A stretch of 64,000 nt of DNA from Eledone cirrhosa (lineage: Eukaryota), in the NCBI GenBank assembly GCA_964016885.1, contig OZ024742.1:297104001-297168000 (forward strand). The letters are read 5' to 3'. The position numbers were made by a program, and so were the translations under genes. Below, one piece after another: positions 36,706-51,350 of this stretch. Below the pieces are notes generated by a model. It did no database searches and was not told where the DNA came from. It worked only from the letters and a program-made list of their open reading frames with translations. The first letter of the stretch is position 1. Each line of letters opens with the position of its first letter.

Positions 36706-38266
36706 GAATAGCCTGAAATAATGTGTTACCAGGAATCAAACACATGACTTTGATAATGAGCCGATTTGTTATAAATGTAAAGATGATTAGCTTGACTGAG
36801 TATGGAACAATCAATCTAAGGATCATTAGCTTATTGAATGCATGATAAAACCCCTTTTGACATAATCTTCTAGAACAAAATTCTTAACCTATTGGACTCA
36901 AACTCCATATAACAGAACAAATAGTAATACATAATTTGAATATATATTATAGTTTTAGTTCAATCTTTATCAGGTAAATTACATTTCATAATGATAGCTA
37001 TTAAAAACTATCAATAGATTTTGTTTTATCTTTTACTGCTTTATTATTGTACTATGTGGGTTTTTTTTTATCTAGCTGTAGTGGGAATTTTGCCATAAGG
37101 GTGGGTTACATCCGGTGGGGATATTCTCTTGGAGATTTTATCTGTATCCATTATGATTTTCACTATCACAATTCACTAGATATAATAGATCTGGAATGGC
37201 ATACAACTGTCATTTCCAACAATGTAGAAGAACACGCCTCATCAGTAAACAGTACATATAGCTACAGTTTGTCCCTGTAGCATAGAGGATTGGTGAGTAA
37301 GACTAAATAAGGATTTCTTTATTATTTATTTATTTATTTATTACTAAATAATGATAACTTTATTGAAGACTGTTGTTAAGCCACATTGGATGGCCCTCAC
37401 TCTTTCCCAGACTCTTCTCTCCCCTGGGTATCCCTAGGTCAGAAGAATGGCATAAGGTCAGTGGAACTGGATGCAGGGTCTACCCAGAAAATTAGTAATT
37501 CTAGAGTCAAAAGCCTTAATGAGTCCTTTTAACATTTATAGGTTTTATGAATGGTCATTGACTCCTTATAACAAGCCTGAGGCCTCTACCATTAAAACAC
37601 TTATGAAGCTTCCTCCTATAAGATGCAATCTGGAGGCTGGTGAAACCTACACAAGTGTGAGCTATAACAACAACATCCACCCTTGTAATAAGGGTGGGTG
37701 CTGTTATTATTATTAGCTCTAGACCAGCTCTGATTGAACAAATGTATGATCAAAATCATTCCAGTTATGACTTTTGTAGTGTATCTCGGACTACACTATC
37801 CTATAAATTCTCCATTTTTCTTTTACAGAGTATAATTTGAAATTTTCTGCTATATATAATTGGACATGTGATACTTTAAGATTTACTTGTTAAGTTATTT
37901 AATATATCATAATGGTTATGTGAACTATTTTATGGATAATGCAATGCATATTATCACCAACTCTCTAAATATATTGATTTACAGGAAATGATAGTGAAAG
38001 AAAATGCAATATCTATAGACCTGGAAGATATGATATCATATTAATAGGAGTAGCCTCATGTATTTATAATAAGAGTGCACTTGTTTAGAGAATTTAAATT
38101 CTTTGTAATACAGAGAAAAAAAGAGAATTTTTAGAAGAAAATTGGAAGTGATTAATACAATTATCTAAATCCAATTCATTAATGATGAAATAGAAGTATA
38201 TGAAACTTTTAATAATTTGTATTCTATGAACTTTGATAAAATAAAGCTATAACACACACACATATA

Positions 38267-38685
38267 TCATCATCATCATCCCCATTTTACATCAATTCTT
38301 CCACACTAGTATGGGTTAGACGGGTTGTTCTGTTGTGGGCAGTGCCTGGTCAGCTGACCTTGTCTTGTTCATACAGGAACTGATTTTGGCTTGATTTCTA
38401 CAGCTGGATGCCCTTCCTAACACTAACCTCATTTACAGTGAGTGCTGGGTGCTTTTTTCCGTGGCGCCTACATGACCAATTTACTGTGTGGGCAGGGTGC
38501 TTTTTTGCCGTGGCGCCTCCACGACCAGTTTGAAGTGGTAGGGGGTGGGGGCATATTGTCTATATGCTTCAGCTTTGCTTTCTACCCATGGGAAGTAGGG
38601 TCTTCTGTATTATTGTGTGGCGCCAGAGGTCATGGTCCTATGTCATCACCTTTGTGAGGTGCAATTGGGTATGGTCAGCTTTTAT
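38267..38685 (-). mobile_element. RTE 3' UTR fragment
   Basis: Matches 35593-36000. Confidence 0.85.
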
Positions 38686-38693
38686 ATATACAC

Positions 38694-39045
38694 ATGGAGG
38701 CACATGGCTTAGTGGTTAGAGCATTGGCCTTGCAATCGAAAGGTGAGTTCAATTCTCAGACCGGGTGATGTGTTGTTTCCTTAAGCAAGACACTTTATTT
38801 CACATTGCTCCAGTTTACTCAGCTGTAAAAATGAGATGATAGGGATTGGGGTCCATATCATTCCACTGCAAAGTGGTCGTGGAGGTGCCATGGAAAAAAA
38901 GCACCCAGCACTCACTGTAAATGAGGTTGGTGTTAGGAAGGGCATCCAGCTGTAGAAATCAAGCCAGAATTAGTTGCTGTCCCACCCTTGCAAGAAGGGA
39001 AAAAGCGGACATAAAATGAAATGATGAAATGAAATGATGATGATA
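38694..39045 (+). mobile_element. SINE family B (tRNA head + RTE tail)
   Basis: A-box TGGCTTAGTGG, B-box GAGTTCAATTCT, CCTTAAGCAAGACACTTT, then RTE 3' UTR sequence and (ATG)n. Confidence 0.85.
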
Positions 39046-39364
39046 TATATAAGAAAACAGTGTCTGAGATAGGAATATCTTTGAGTGAGGATGTGTATGG
39101 AAATTTCTCCAATACTCAGTGTTCAGCACACGACTGTAGAAGGGAGCAATTAGTGTATGTGATTCAGTGAATTACTTGTGGTGGTACCAGTATGAGCATT
39201 CGATGCACAAGCAAAGTTTGTATAATAGGAAAAACAATGAAGTTTTGTTTACATATATTTATGTTTATATTGTGTATCAACGCATTTTTCAAAGGATTGG
39301 CTTAAGGTCACCCATGAAATTTATGGAGCTGACTCCAGTTAAATATATATATATAGAGGAAACA

Positions 39365-39785
39365 TTAAGCTGTCCACAAATGCACATGGTTGCCTATTTA
39401 GACCACAAATTAGTTACCTGCGTAGTCAACCTTGATAGAACACATAGACAGGGACCCGGATACTGGAAGCTAAACATGTCTCGTCCGGCGCGTAAGGCCA
39501 CAGTTGTGCCAGTTGACGGGGGTGATCGTCAACAACAGTTGGTGGAGCTTTCTCAAGAGAGCAATTAGAATAGAATCAATAGCATTTAGCAAGGAAGTAG
39601 CTTTAGAAAAAAACAAACCGAAAAGGAACTGGTAGCTAAAGTAGAAGAGGCACTTAGGAATGGCAGTACAGCTGATGTGCTAGCGGCGAGAGCGGCACTA
39701 GACCAGTTCTTCAACGTGAAACACGAAGGTTGTATTATCAGAAGTAGAACACGTGCTCTAAGAAACGAGGGAGCCAAAGCTGTCT
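39365..39785 (+). pseudogene. L1/Tx1-clade ORF2 fragment (end of APE endonuclease + linker)
   Basis: LDHKLV..GPGYWKLN motif; downstream WWSFLKRAIR..EGCIIRSR. Confidence 0.7.
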
Positions 39786-39825
39786 TTTAAGACCTCCCAT
39801 GCTTGCACATTTCTTGCTACATTCC

Positions 39826-40030
39826 CTATAGCTTTTTTAGATCATGCTGTTCATAATCTACATGAGGTCTACTGATATGACTTTGTTCATTTCTTATCAG
39901 ACCAGCTTTTCTCGGGCAGACTTGACTACATTGCTGGCAAACCAGATGTTGCTCAACAGCAGGCAGTTCAGAACAGTCCCTTTTCCTCACCTTCCTTTTC
40001 AGTGTTTGGTGTTCGCTTCGACGAGTTTCA
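39826..40030 (-). pseudogene. RTE (BovB-like) C-terminal zinc-finger remnant
   Basis: HFETRR..KRKVRK..CQQCSQVC..AGL..H. Confidence 0.55.
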
Positions 40031-40055
40031 AAGTGATACATACATACTTACATAT

Positions 40056-40097
<42 letters not shown>

Positions 40098-41395
40098 CAT
40101 CATCATCGTCATCATCATCACTGTTTAACATCAATTTTCCACACTAGCCTAGGTTAGACAAGTTGCTCCACTATGACCATTATGCCACATGCCTTCCCTG
40201 ATACATACACATGCATCGATATACATACATATACAGTTATACATAAAGACACACACTGCTGGTATCCCTTATCTCTCACTGGGCTTAACAAGATTGTCTG
40301 TGTTCCATATTCATGGGCCTTGAACTCCTAATGGATTTGTAAGGGCACTGTTGTGAAATACGACATGGGTTGTGCATTATAAAACCTGAAGGAACCCAAG
40401 ATCTCAACACAGCCAATAAAAGAAAGAGTGAGAGAAAATCAAATCCAGTACTGGAAGGGTGCCTTAATTTATTGACTTGAAAATTATGAACATCAAAGTT
40501 GATCATAACAAGATTTGAACTTGGAATGTAGAGAACAGGATGAATACTGCAAAATATTCTATCTGATACAACTCTGCTTCTCTGTCATCATTTTAATATG
40601 ATTACATGGGTTTTATATTTCTTTAGCAGAGGCCCCACTATGTTGCCAACATTTGGATGAAGTCTCAGTATCTTAATACAGTGGTGTCTACTACAGACAA
40701 CCATCAGTCATAATTTCTTCCTCCCCTTTTCCCACCTTAATCAGCTCTAGAAAGACAACAGAGGAAATATCTTTCTATCATGTCAGCTATATTTTGGTTA
40801 GAGTTTCATGACTGGACATATTTTCTATTATCATGAGATAATTACTTACAGTATTTGTTCTTTAGTTGTTTGTACTTCAAATCATTGGATGATAAACATA
40901 ATCCATCTCTACCACCTAGATTTGGGGTGTCTTTACTGAAGTCCACTCTGTTGCAAGAATCTGAGCCAGGTCACCATTTTCACAATAACTTCCTTCTTTT
41001 ACAGTTTAGAAGGCCCTGAAAAGAAAGGGATGCTTGTGGATGTTGACTAAATGGTAAACATTATGTGTTTAAGGAAACCTGATTAGCAGTATTCACTTCT
41101 TTGGTTCAGAGCCATCTGCTTCCACAGTAAATTTCACATTACTACAGATACATTTTGATGTAAGAGAAAGAAAACAGAGAAAGAAGAAAGAAAACAGGAT
41201 AAAGGAATAGATAAGCAACATGCAAATAGTCTCAGTCTTATGTCTATTAAATTTTACTCTTGATTCATTTTCTAGTTATCTTTGAAGCTATGACAAAAGA
41301 ATTTCTCAAATTACTTTGGAACATTTTGAAGGCTGTTTATCGGATTCAATCTGAACAGCAAAACAACTCAACATGAAATGTAGAAAAGTGGTTGA

Positions 41396-41466
<71 letters not shown>

Positions 41467-42399
41467 TATAGAGAAGTATCATCACTGTTTAACATCCATT
41501 TTTCCGTGCTAGAATGGGTTAGATGAGCTGTCATGTTGTGAGACAAGCCAGATCAGAGATGACTGTGCCTTGCTCATACAGAACTGTTTCTGGCTTAGTT
41601 TCTACAGTTTGATGCCCTACCCATACTAGTATGGAAAATGGACGTTAAATGATGATGATGATGATGATAATGATGATTCTGTCATTACTACAACAGAATT
41701 CCGACAAGCTTTTGATTCCAGAGTCAGGCCAGATCAATAGAGATCGAGCCTTGAGTGAAACACACATCACACCTCAATAAATGTAATGATGATCTAACAT
41801 CTTGTACTTTTTATAATTATTATTATACTCTGCTTAGGACAACATCCTTATACCTACTGGAAACTATGCATCAAGCGCTCACTTTGGTAAACCTACAGTC
41901 ACTGGACATTACAATCACTAATATATATATATAAAACCTTTCATTCAAAAATAAAAAAAACACAAAACACTCCATTCAGGTAGTTGGCATTTGGATTCTT
42001 AAACAGTAAAGTGATAAAATAACATCTTCACTTTGTATTTTTTTTTTCTTAGAATATTTACCATGATATTGTTAACAGTAAAATATGTAAAATATTCATA
42101 ACCTAAAAAACAAAGCATATTGAAAACTGTTAAATAATTTGTACTTTTTTAAACTTACTCAAATTCTTTAGTGAATTACCTATATACTTAAAATCGATGT
42201 AAAGAAATATTCATGATAGAAGTTGAATTCTAAATTTTATACAAAACAAAATTCATGTTCTTTTACTGAATATATTTTTTTGAATTGTTAATTTTTTTTC
42301 TCTTGGGTAAACGTAATATTCAAATATATGATAACCATACTATTTTCTTAGAATATTAACCACTTATTGAGATGTTCCTACTATTTACATAAATGTCTG

Positions 42400-42712
42400 T
42401 GTTGGACCTCCGTCTGTTCTGATAATGAGTGTTCCAGTTGTTTGATCAATAGAACAACCTACATATTAAATTACCATACAACTGACTGAGCATTTCACAA
42501 ACATGTAAATCTCAGAGAGATTCACTATGACAAAAGGAGTGAAAAAACTGGCCCTTTGAATCACAGATCAAACTCTTTTTTTCCAGTTGAGTGGACTGGA
42601 GCTAAATGAAATAAAGTGACTTGCTCAAGGACCCAATGCACCACTGAGAAATGAACTCACTACATTAAGATCCGTAGCTGAACATTCTAATAATTACATC
42701 ACATGCCTTCAT
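42400..42712 (-). mobile_element. SINE family C
   Basis: tRNA-like head at 42710, CCTTGAGCAAGTCACTTT, central domain as in 1-85. Confidence 0.6.
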
Positions 42713-43339
42713 ATGGTATGTGTTACAATAGCAACTAAAATGATCTCTGCACAAGTATTTTATTGAAGTTGAAACTGAACATATTCTAACAGAACATATT
42801 CTAAATACAAAGAAATTTTATGTCATTTTAGTCTTACTAAAATCAAAGTTTCTATTTTATGAAAATGAAAACGATGGTAATATATTGGCAGAATCGTTAG
42901 TGTTGGATTCTTTACATTCTGCTTTCAAATGTTGTTGATGTCACCTTCGACTTTCATCCATCTGAGGTTGATAAAATAATGTACTGGAGTCAATTTACTC
43001 AACACTCCTACAAATTGCTGGCCTTGTGCCTAAATTAACAGCTATTATTTAGAACTTTAACAAAATAAAACCCTGTCAGTTTCAAGAGTGTTTATTCTAA
43101 TTTTTCAGGTGAATGGAAATAAAATCACAGGGGAAAAAATCATATTTTTAGCAAGGAAAAAAATTGTTTAAACTGGAATGTGTTTTTAGTTATCTTTTCT
43201 TATATTATTATAGATATGTTACCAGTTTTAATGAAATTAAGTTTTTTATGTTATTTAGATAAAATATAGCTTTTCCCCCGAGAATTTTTTTCTGTAGCAT
43301 TTTTTCTGTAGTCTAATATAAATTAATATGAGTGTTGTG

Positions 43340-43655
43340 GATACAGTATGGCTGAATGGTAATGAGTCCACTTAACAGTTATTAAGTTCTGTGTTCAATC
43401 CTATGGAGTGATATCTTAGGCAAATGTCATTTACCATAGTCTTCAGTCAAATAATGCTTTGTGAGGGAAATTGGGTGGATGAAAACTGTTTGTAAGTCTG
43501 TTGGGTGGATTGTACCTATAATTCACTGGGTCATCCTTGTCACACACTGTGTCCTGCTGAATCTCCTTGAGAATTACACTAAGTGTACAGGAGTTTGTGG
43601 AATGCTCAACCATTTATATGTTAATTCCACAAGCAGGCTGTTCCATTGATCGAAC
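43340..43655 (+). mobile_element. Degenerate SINE (family C-like; similar head at 35343-35460)
   Basis: GTATGGCTGAATGGTAA..GTTCAATCCT..CTTAGGCAA; central domain ATGTTAATTCCACAAGCAGGCTGTTCCATTGATCG. Confidence 0.55.
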
Positions 43656-44525
43656 AATTGTTGAAAAAAAGGAGATGTTTTATAGTATGAGTGATATATC
43701 ATTTAACTCATATTAAAAATTCTGTTTTATTATTTCAAAGTGAAATAAAAGGTGAGTTACTAATCCTTCAAAAATCAGTTTTATAAAAATTTGTATAATT
43801 AAATAAAATATATCATTTTTTGGAATCAATAAATAAGTCAATAAAAATATTTGCCATGGATCAGCTAAATATTGTGCACTGAAGCATAGGTGAGTGGGGA
43901 TTGTTTTGCGGAAAATGCAGGCTGAGAACTTTTGGAACACTTATCAAAACCAACTGAGGTACATTCCATTCTAAAATAATAGTTGTGTGCAGCATGGATA
44001 TTCTGATAATCAAATGAGAAACTGTTGCCTTTATATAAATATTATCCCATTCACAAGGTGGTAGGAGAATGCTGCAAAATGAAAGAATGGTGCTTTCTGT
44101 TCTTTGTTTGAAATCCTGATTAAATTGATACCACAAGTTGTTATATAAAAAGCTACAAATGTGTTAGGAAATACTGTTATATTGTATGTTTGGTAGTGAG
44201 TACTAGGTAGAAAATGTAGTTAGTCTCCAGAAACAAGGGAGTAAATTGAATAAATCAATTGTATTTATCATGTTAAATATAAAGAAAGGCTTAGTTCAAG
44301 AGTGTTGAGATAGCAACTGATGTACGCAGGCTGAGATACTTCATTAGCAGGGACATTTAATTTAAAGATGTTAAATATGAGGAGTGAAAAGAGACATTGA
44401 ATTTGTAATGAAAGATATGTGATGTAGTAGTTTGGATGTTGAGCTCATAACAGTATCTTGACCAAATACTGTCTTTATTGTTATTATTTTAGTTAGGAAT
44501 TTTATTATTATTATTGAGAAGAATT

Positions 44526-44880
44526 AGGGCAGTGGATTGTCAATATCGGTAGAGCATCGGACAACATGCTTCGTGGCATAGAGTTACAGCCCTTTACATT
44601 CTGAGTTAAAATCCTGCCAAAGTTAGCTTTGCCTTTCATCCTTATAGGGTCGATAATATAAAGCACCAATAATGCACACGGGTTGATTTCATCGACTTTC
44701 TCCTCACCCCAAATTGCTGGTCTTGTGCCTATAGTAGAAATCATTATTGGGAAGCATCAGTTAGAGTCTTGGACTAAATGTCTCATTTCATTTGTTCTGG
44801 TTCTCTGTGATCTGATTTCAAATTCTGCTGAGGTTAACTTTGCCTTTCATCTTTTCTTGGTCAATAAATAAAGTACCAGA
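44526..44880 (+). mobile_element. Two tandem SINE family A copies
   Basis: Match 1147-1341. Confidence 0.7.
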
Positions 44881-46317
44881 CAAGAGTGTGGAAGGGGAAA
44901 ATTGTTAGAGCATTAGACATGTTGCTTTATGGCATCTCTTTTGACTCTTTACATTGTGAGTTGTGATATTACTTGTGCTAATCTGCATCAACCTTTGTCA
45001 TTCCATTGGATAACATCACTGGCATACAAAGCCAGATTTAAATGCAGTGAGGAAAGGTAATCAGCAATGGTCGTAGCAATTTATTTGCTTAAAAAGCACT
45101 TTGCATGAATCAGACAGTTACTTTTAGCCTCTTTATTTGCTGAATTAGCTTGCTGTCTGTCAACATTTATCTGAAAAGAAATGATAATCTGAACAAGTTA
45201 GAAAAATGCTAGAGCTATTAAAAAATATGTTTTCAAAGAACTGAGCATCCCTGTAGTAATTGGTTTTCAAAGAGTTACTGAGATTACTTTGACATGATCA
45301 AAGTGAGATGTATATGTGTTTATTATACATAAACATATTATATATGCTTCTATATACGACTCTCTTTTTATAATTGTGTGTACTTCCATGTTAGAATTTT
45401 GTATAACTGGTCAGAATATTTGCAGTGGCTTTAGATATATTTTTATAGATATTATTTCAGAAACAAACACAATTAATTTCTAACCTTTTTGTTATAATGT
45501 TATAATGAAAAGCATTCTTGTGATTTTCAAACAATTTTGAAAACAATCATTATTAAGCTGATGTTTGGAACATAACTTAAGAAAGGTTCTTATATAAAAT
45601 TATGATAAATATCAAATTAAGTAACTATAAACATTGTTTACTCTTGATTTATTATATTTCTAATGATTTTCAAATAATTTTGTAAGTAATCAACAATTTG
45701 GAGGGGGTGGGTAGTTACATAACTAACTTCCACATTATTAAATTGGTGTCCATAGCATCACATAACAAAAATTCTCACATAAAATTATGATGAATGACTT
45801 TAGATAAACAGAAACATTTTAGAATGAAGAATTTTCTATTTCAAAACTGAGGGCAGTTGCAGGCAGTTTGCTAAGAAAGCATCTGCAGTAACAGAAAAAA
45901 AAACACACACGCACACACATTTGAATTATTATAAGGTTAAATATTATTTTGAATTATCAGTTTCCACTTCTAAAAATTAATGGCAATAGAATAAACAAAG
46001 CTTGTTGCATTTAATAAATTCTATTCCAATAAATCTATTCTATTAATCTATTGTGTTCCAGCTGAGGGGCTGAGGCCATGCTGGGGCACCACCACCGAAG
46101 TTACACTTTCTATAACCAGCCCTCCCTGGTTGGCCATTGATACAAATGAGAGTCTGTTTCTGCTGCTCATATAATAATTTGAAAATCTTATAAAAGCATA
46201 AATAAATTTGATGGGTAACAAATTTTAGTTCTATTTCAACTAATGTTGTCTTAAATTTTATTTTATTTTCTGAGGTTAATTAAATAAATACTTATAGCAT
46301 CGTTTGATAAATACAGT

Positions 46318-47378
46318 TACCATATATACCTAAATGAAAGCCAATCTAAATATAAGCCGACCCCCCCCCCCCCCTATTTTGTGTCTGGGAAATGAGCAAA
46401 AATCCAAACCCCATGTATAGGTTGGGGCAGCTAATAAGCAGATTGTGTTTAGATGGTATAGTTTTTAAATTCTCATGAGTGGAGAATATATTCATGAAGT
46501 TTTGATATTTAAAATGTATTTAGGGTTGTTTAATGTATATGTCAAATGAAATGCATGCCTTAAAATACTTGGTAACAATTTAGTGATATAAGTATTAAAG
46601 ATTTAAGTAAATTTTTACAATTACATATGTTTCACACCGGCATGGCCCCTTATGCAGTTAACTAAAGATTTCAATAGTTAACAGACATGTAATTTAAAAA
46701 AAATACACTCAGTTCGATTTTTTAAACCATGTAAGCTGGTTAAAATATTTTAGATTCACCAGAATATTACTTGAAAACCACTAAAATCTGATGCATTGTT
46801 AGCCAACCCTTTTATCCCATCGAGATATATTTTTAGTTTAACATATTTAAAAAAAATATATATTCTTTAAATGTTATAGAGATCATTAAAAAAAAAGAGA
46901 TCATTAAAAGCACTAGGGGAAAATCAAAACTATGTGCCATTAATGGGGAATAGTTGAAAGGAATTTGACTAAGACAACCTTGTATAAGGATTCATATTAG
47001 ACGGGGGAGGGAGAGACAGCAAGAGAGATAGGCAGAGTGAGTGAGCTAAATAAAGCACAAGTAAGAGTGCAAGAAAAGTATAATTAAGTCACATATGTGC
47101 AAGGTATATCTATGTATGAAACATTTCAAACTATAAAATGTATTAGGAATGTTTTCAAGGAAATGCATAAATAATACAAAAGACGATATAGTAAACATAG
47201 AAAACAGTGTTTTATTGTAAAATAATCACACCAGATATTTTAGTACCCTATTTATTTAAAATTTGAAGTAGGTGAAAATTGTCAAAATATTGACATCAAA
47301 TATAAACCAACCCTCATATTACCATCAATTTTTTTTTTTGTCACATATTTCTCGGCTTATATATGAGTATATACAATA
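46318..47378. mobile_element. Non-autonomous pogo/Tigger-like DNA transposon
   Basis: Left TACCATATATAC..ATATAAGCCGA; right TCGGCTTATATATGAGTATATACAATA (imperfect TIRs); second copy at 12490. Confidence 0.55.
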
Positions 47379-50046
47379 ATGACAAGTGTACATTCTGGTG
47401 TGTTGAAGTTAGTAATTAGATAGTAATTAGCTGCATCATTACATCGTTAGATTAAATGCCTTGTGGTATTTGTTTGTTCCTGCTCAGTGCATTGCAATTC
47501 AATTCTTTTCAAGGACAACTTTGTTTTCTATTCTTTTGGGGTTGATAAATTAAAGTACCTGTCCAGAGATGTAAGAGGAGTTGCAGTATTTATTCAGATT
47601 ATTTTCATTTCAAGTTCAAATTTTGTTAAAGACTACATAGGTGAAAGGTTTAATCCATCACCCAGTCTTCCACTTCTACTTGAATCTTGGGTGTTTTTAC
47701 AGAATCCATCCTGTTATAAACATTAAAGACCTTCAGAGGCATGGTACTGCTTGCTTCAATTCAATGCATTCTGAATTCAAATCTCGTGTTTTGTATCCAT
47801 AAAAATGATGTTATGATAGAACTAGGGCCCTTATTAAAACATTCTAGAAACCTATTAGATGCAACCCATGGTCAGCCAGCTAAACTCATGCTGGTGTAAG
47901 ATGTAACAACAAAAACTAAATAGAAACTACACAAACAGAACAGAGCTGAACAACTCAAATATTCATACACAGTTTCTGAAATATCTAGAAACAATTTGAA
48001 TCATTTTAGTTAAGAAAATATGTTTCATAAAAAATGAATGAAAAAATAATGATTAAAATTAGAATAAAATTAAAGCCTTTGTTTGATATAAAATCTACAT
48101 CTTTATTTCAGAATGTTTGTTAGTAATCTTAGAATAGCTTGGAATATTAGACAATGTTTAACATATAATTTTACCTTAAGTAGATTAACCTCTGCTAATG
48201 TGACCTACCTACATCCAAATCAATAGAGAATATGGTTTTACAATTGTATGCACTTCTTAGTTCAAACTGAACAATCAAGAAATGGAAGCAATGATTTATT
48301 ATAGTATTGGAGAAAATGCCTTGCAGTATTTGTTCCGACTGTCTGCACTCAAATCCAACTGAGGTATACTTGCTTTTCATCCTTTAGGTTTTATCATATA
48401 AAATCCAGATTGACAGACTTGTTAGAACATTTTATGATACATCTCACAGAATATCTTCCAGAACTGAGCAACATTACAACAGTTTCACGAAACGTTCATA
48501 GCCTTTTATCAAGAATGATGTTCTATACGCATAGCAACTTACTATAACATGATGTAAGCTCTGTATATTGATCACCAGTAAGGTAGTCTTTGTTCATTCT
48601 GGTTTTAAATCTGACAACATATACTTCAATGTTAAGAAAAGGTCATGTTTAGATTCTTACATTTACTTTCTCCTTTCAGATTGAATTGAATAGCTGAATT
48701 ATTATGTAACATATGTACTCCTGGAGGCTCTTAACATTATTATATTTGCTCTTTGAGGAAAATCAAAGATACACTTTTAGAAATAAGTTAGTATCCAGTA
48801 TCCAATCACTAAGTGCAAACTCGAGTTCTTCACAGTATGATTGCTCCCATTGAAATGAATTTAAATATAATTTAAGTTCACTGAATCTTGATTTTCTGAA
48901 CTGTAATGTGGTGGTCAGAAATAGGTAATCAATGAATTACAATATTTAAAACAGTGTGTATGTATGCGTAATTGGTGAATTGGCAGAGGTGTTAGAGCAT
49001 TTAATACTATGAAATACTTATGCTGGTTCATTGTGTTTTGAGTTAAAAACGCACTGTAGCCTACTTGGGTGGTAGATTTAATCTAGCACCCAGGTTAATA
49101 TTAACATCTGGCCATTGGGTGCCTTTAGCAGTGTCAATTCTGTTGTAAGCATTCAATTCAGGTCACTGGTTTGTGGAAACACTACCTTCCTCCTATCAAT
49201 CTTGGAGGACTGGAAAGAGTCATGGGCATTGTTGTTTCTCCCAACTAAATTATGAAAAAATTAACAACGCCATGTGTTAAGATGATCAAGAAAAATATCA
49301 CTTTGCAAGTGTGTAAGCAAAGAAAGACATGCACAAAAATATTGATTAGAAATCTAGTGAGATATATTAGCAACTGATAACTGGTATATCCTTTATTTGT
49401 TTTAATTGAAAAGCTAAAGGAATTATTAGAACTTCGCTCAGCATTAGTGAAAGTAACATTAATGATAAAACTCTGAGACTTTTGAATAGGCAAAGAGTAA
49501 TTCTAATCTATCATATTTATAATTGTTTCTACTTTTGGCACAAGGCCAGTAATTACCCAGTGCATTACTGGTACTTTATTTTATCGACCCCGTAAGGATG
49601 AAAGGCAAAGTTTACCTCGGAAGTTTGATTGCAAACTTAACCTTGATTTCTGTTAATCAATGGGAACAACATGTTCAAATGCTGCTAACTGTAAATTAAA
49701 ACTTCAAAATGTAATCATTTTAACCTGTTAGCTTTCTGAATACAAAGTGTCAATAAAGGATATATACACATTTGCTAAAATTAGTTTTACTTTTAAGATG
49801 ATCAACAAAAGTCATCAATTATAACTTCTACACTACAGCTCAGCCTTCATAATCTTCATATAATAACAGTACAGTCTGACTATTTGTCTGTCACATGAAT
49901 GCTACGATCTATCAAAAACATTTAAAAATTTATGTTCAGAATTTATGGACACAAATGTAAGACAAAATGGGAGTGGCTGTTCTTAAATGTTCTTTGTCAA
50001 TGTTCTTGAGTGTCTTCTTTTATTTCTATCTATCTTTATCTATCTA

Positions 50047-50860
50047 TCATCATCATCATCATCATCTCTGTTTAACATTCATTTCCCATGCTAGCATGGG
50101 TTAGATGAGTTGGTCTGTTGTGAGACAAGCCAAGTCAGATGACCATGTCTTGCTCATACAGAACTGATTTTGGCTTGGTTTCTATGGCTGGATGCCCTTC
50201 CTAACACCAACAATATTTTCAGTGTGTAGTGTGTGTTTTGTATCGTGACATCTACATGAACACTTTATAGTGTGGGCTGGGCATATTTTGTCATGTTACC
50301 ATCATGATGACTTTACAGTGTGGGCTGGGTGCTTTTTGTTGTGACACCAAAATGACAACTTTACAGTATCTACTGGGGACTTGGGTGGGGGAGGTGCATT
50401 GGCATTGGGGAGGTAGATCTAGAGGCATGGGTGGAACGTTAGGATGTGGGTGGGTTGTTACAACATGGGAGACATATGGAAAGGGTGGTAGAGGGGAAGG
50501 TGGTGTATACTATATGTATGCTTTAACCCTTGCACATGAGGTGAGTCTTCTGTATTACCTCATAATGAAAGAGTTCACAGTCCCTTGTCATCACCTTTGA
50601 GAGGTACAATTGTGCAAGGTCAACTTTTATCACCTCACTTCAAGTCTTCCTAGATCTTGCTACTCAAGATCTTCCATCAACTTTGAGCATTCTACACCTT
50701 TTTATACAGCTGTCATTCTTCATATGCATCACATGTCCATAGCAACCCAATCTCCTCTCCTGCACACTGCAACTGATCCCTCTTATTCCCAGTTTCTCTC
50801 TCAGTTCATTTATGCTTTGCCATTCATATATAATACCATTACACATCCATCGAAGCATGA
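50047..50860 (-). mobile_element. Older RTE 3' fragment
   Basis: MLRWMCN..ELREKLGIRGI..VQERRL..YGHVM; 3' UTR and (GAT)n. Confidence 0.85.
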
Positions 50861-50939
50861 TTCCCCTGTTCCAAGTCCTGAGGAAAGTGAAAATAGGATA
50901 GGTGCTAGATGGTATTTAGATCAATCATCCCTTATTCAT

Positions 50940-51350
50940 GGATGATTTAAAGTTATTTGTGAAAAAAGAGGGCAAAATCGACAGCTTAACGTCTAATGTA
51001 AACCTGGTTAGTTAAGATATTGGGATGGAGTTTGGGATAAAAAAATGTAGTGTGTAACCCTGGTATGTGGAAAACTAACAAAAAATAGAGGGATTGAGCT
51101 TGAAAATAGCCAGACTATTAAAGAAATGGAAGAGGAAGGATATAAGTATTTGGGAGTCTTTGAGTTGGATAAGATCAAACGGAAAGAAATGAAGATTATC
51201 AAAACAGAATACCTCAGGCAGGCGAGACTTGTAATGTCATCTAAATTGAATGGAAGGAATAATATCAAGGGCTGTGTCTCTCATGTGCTATGGGGCTGAA
51301 TTTATTAAATGGAGGAAAGATAAATTGGAAAGTATTGATAGAAAAAGTTG
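50940..51350 (+). pseudogene. R4/Dong-like RT C-terminal remnant
   Basis: DIGMEFGIKKC..EEGYKYLGV..EYLRQARLVMSSKLNGRN..IKWRKDKLESIDRK. Confidence 0.7.
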
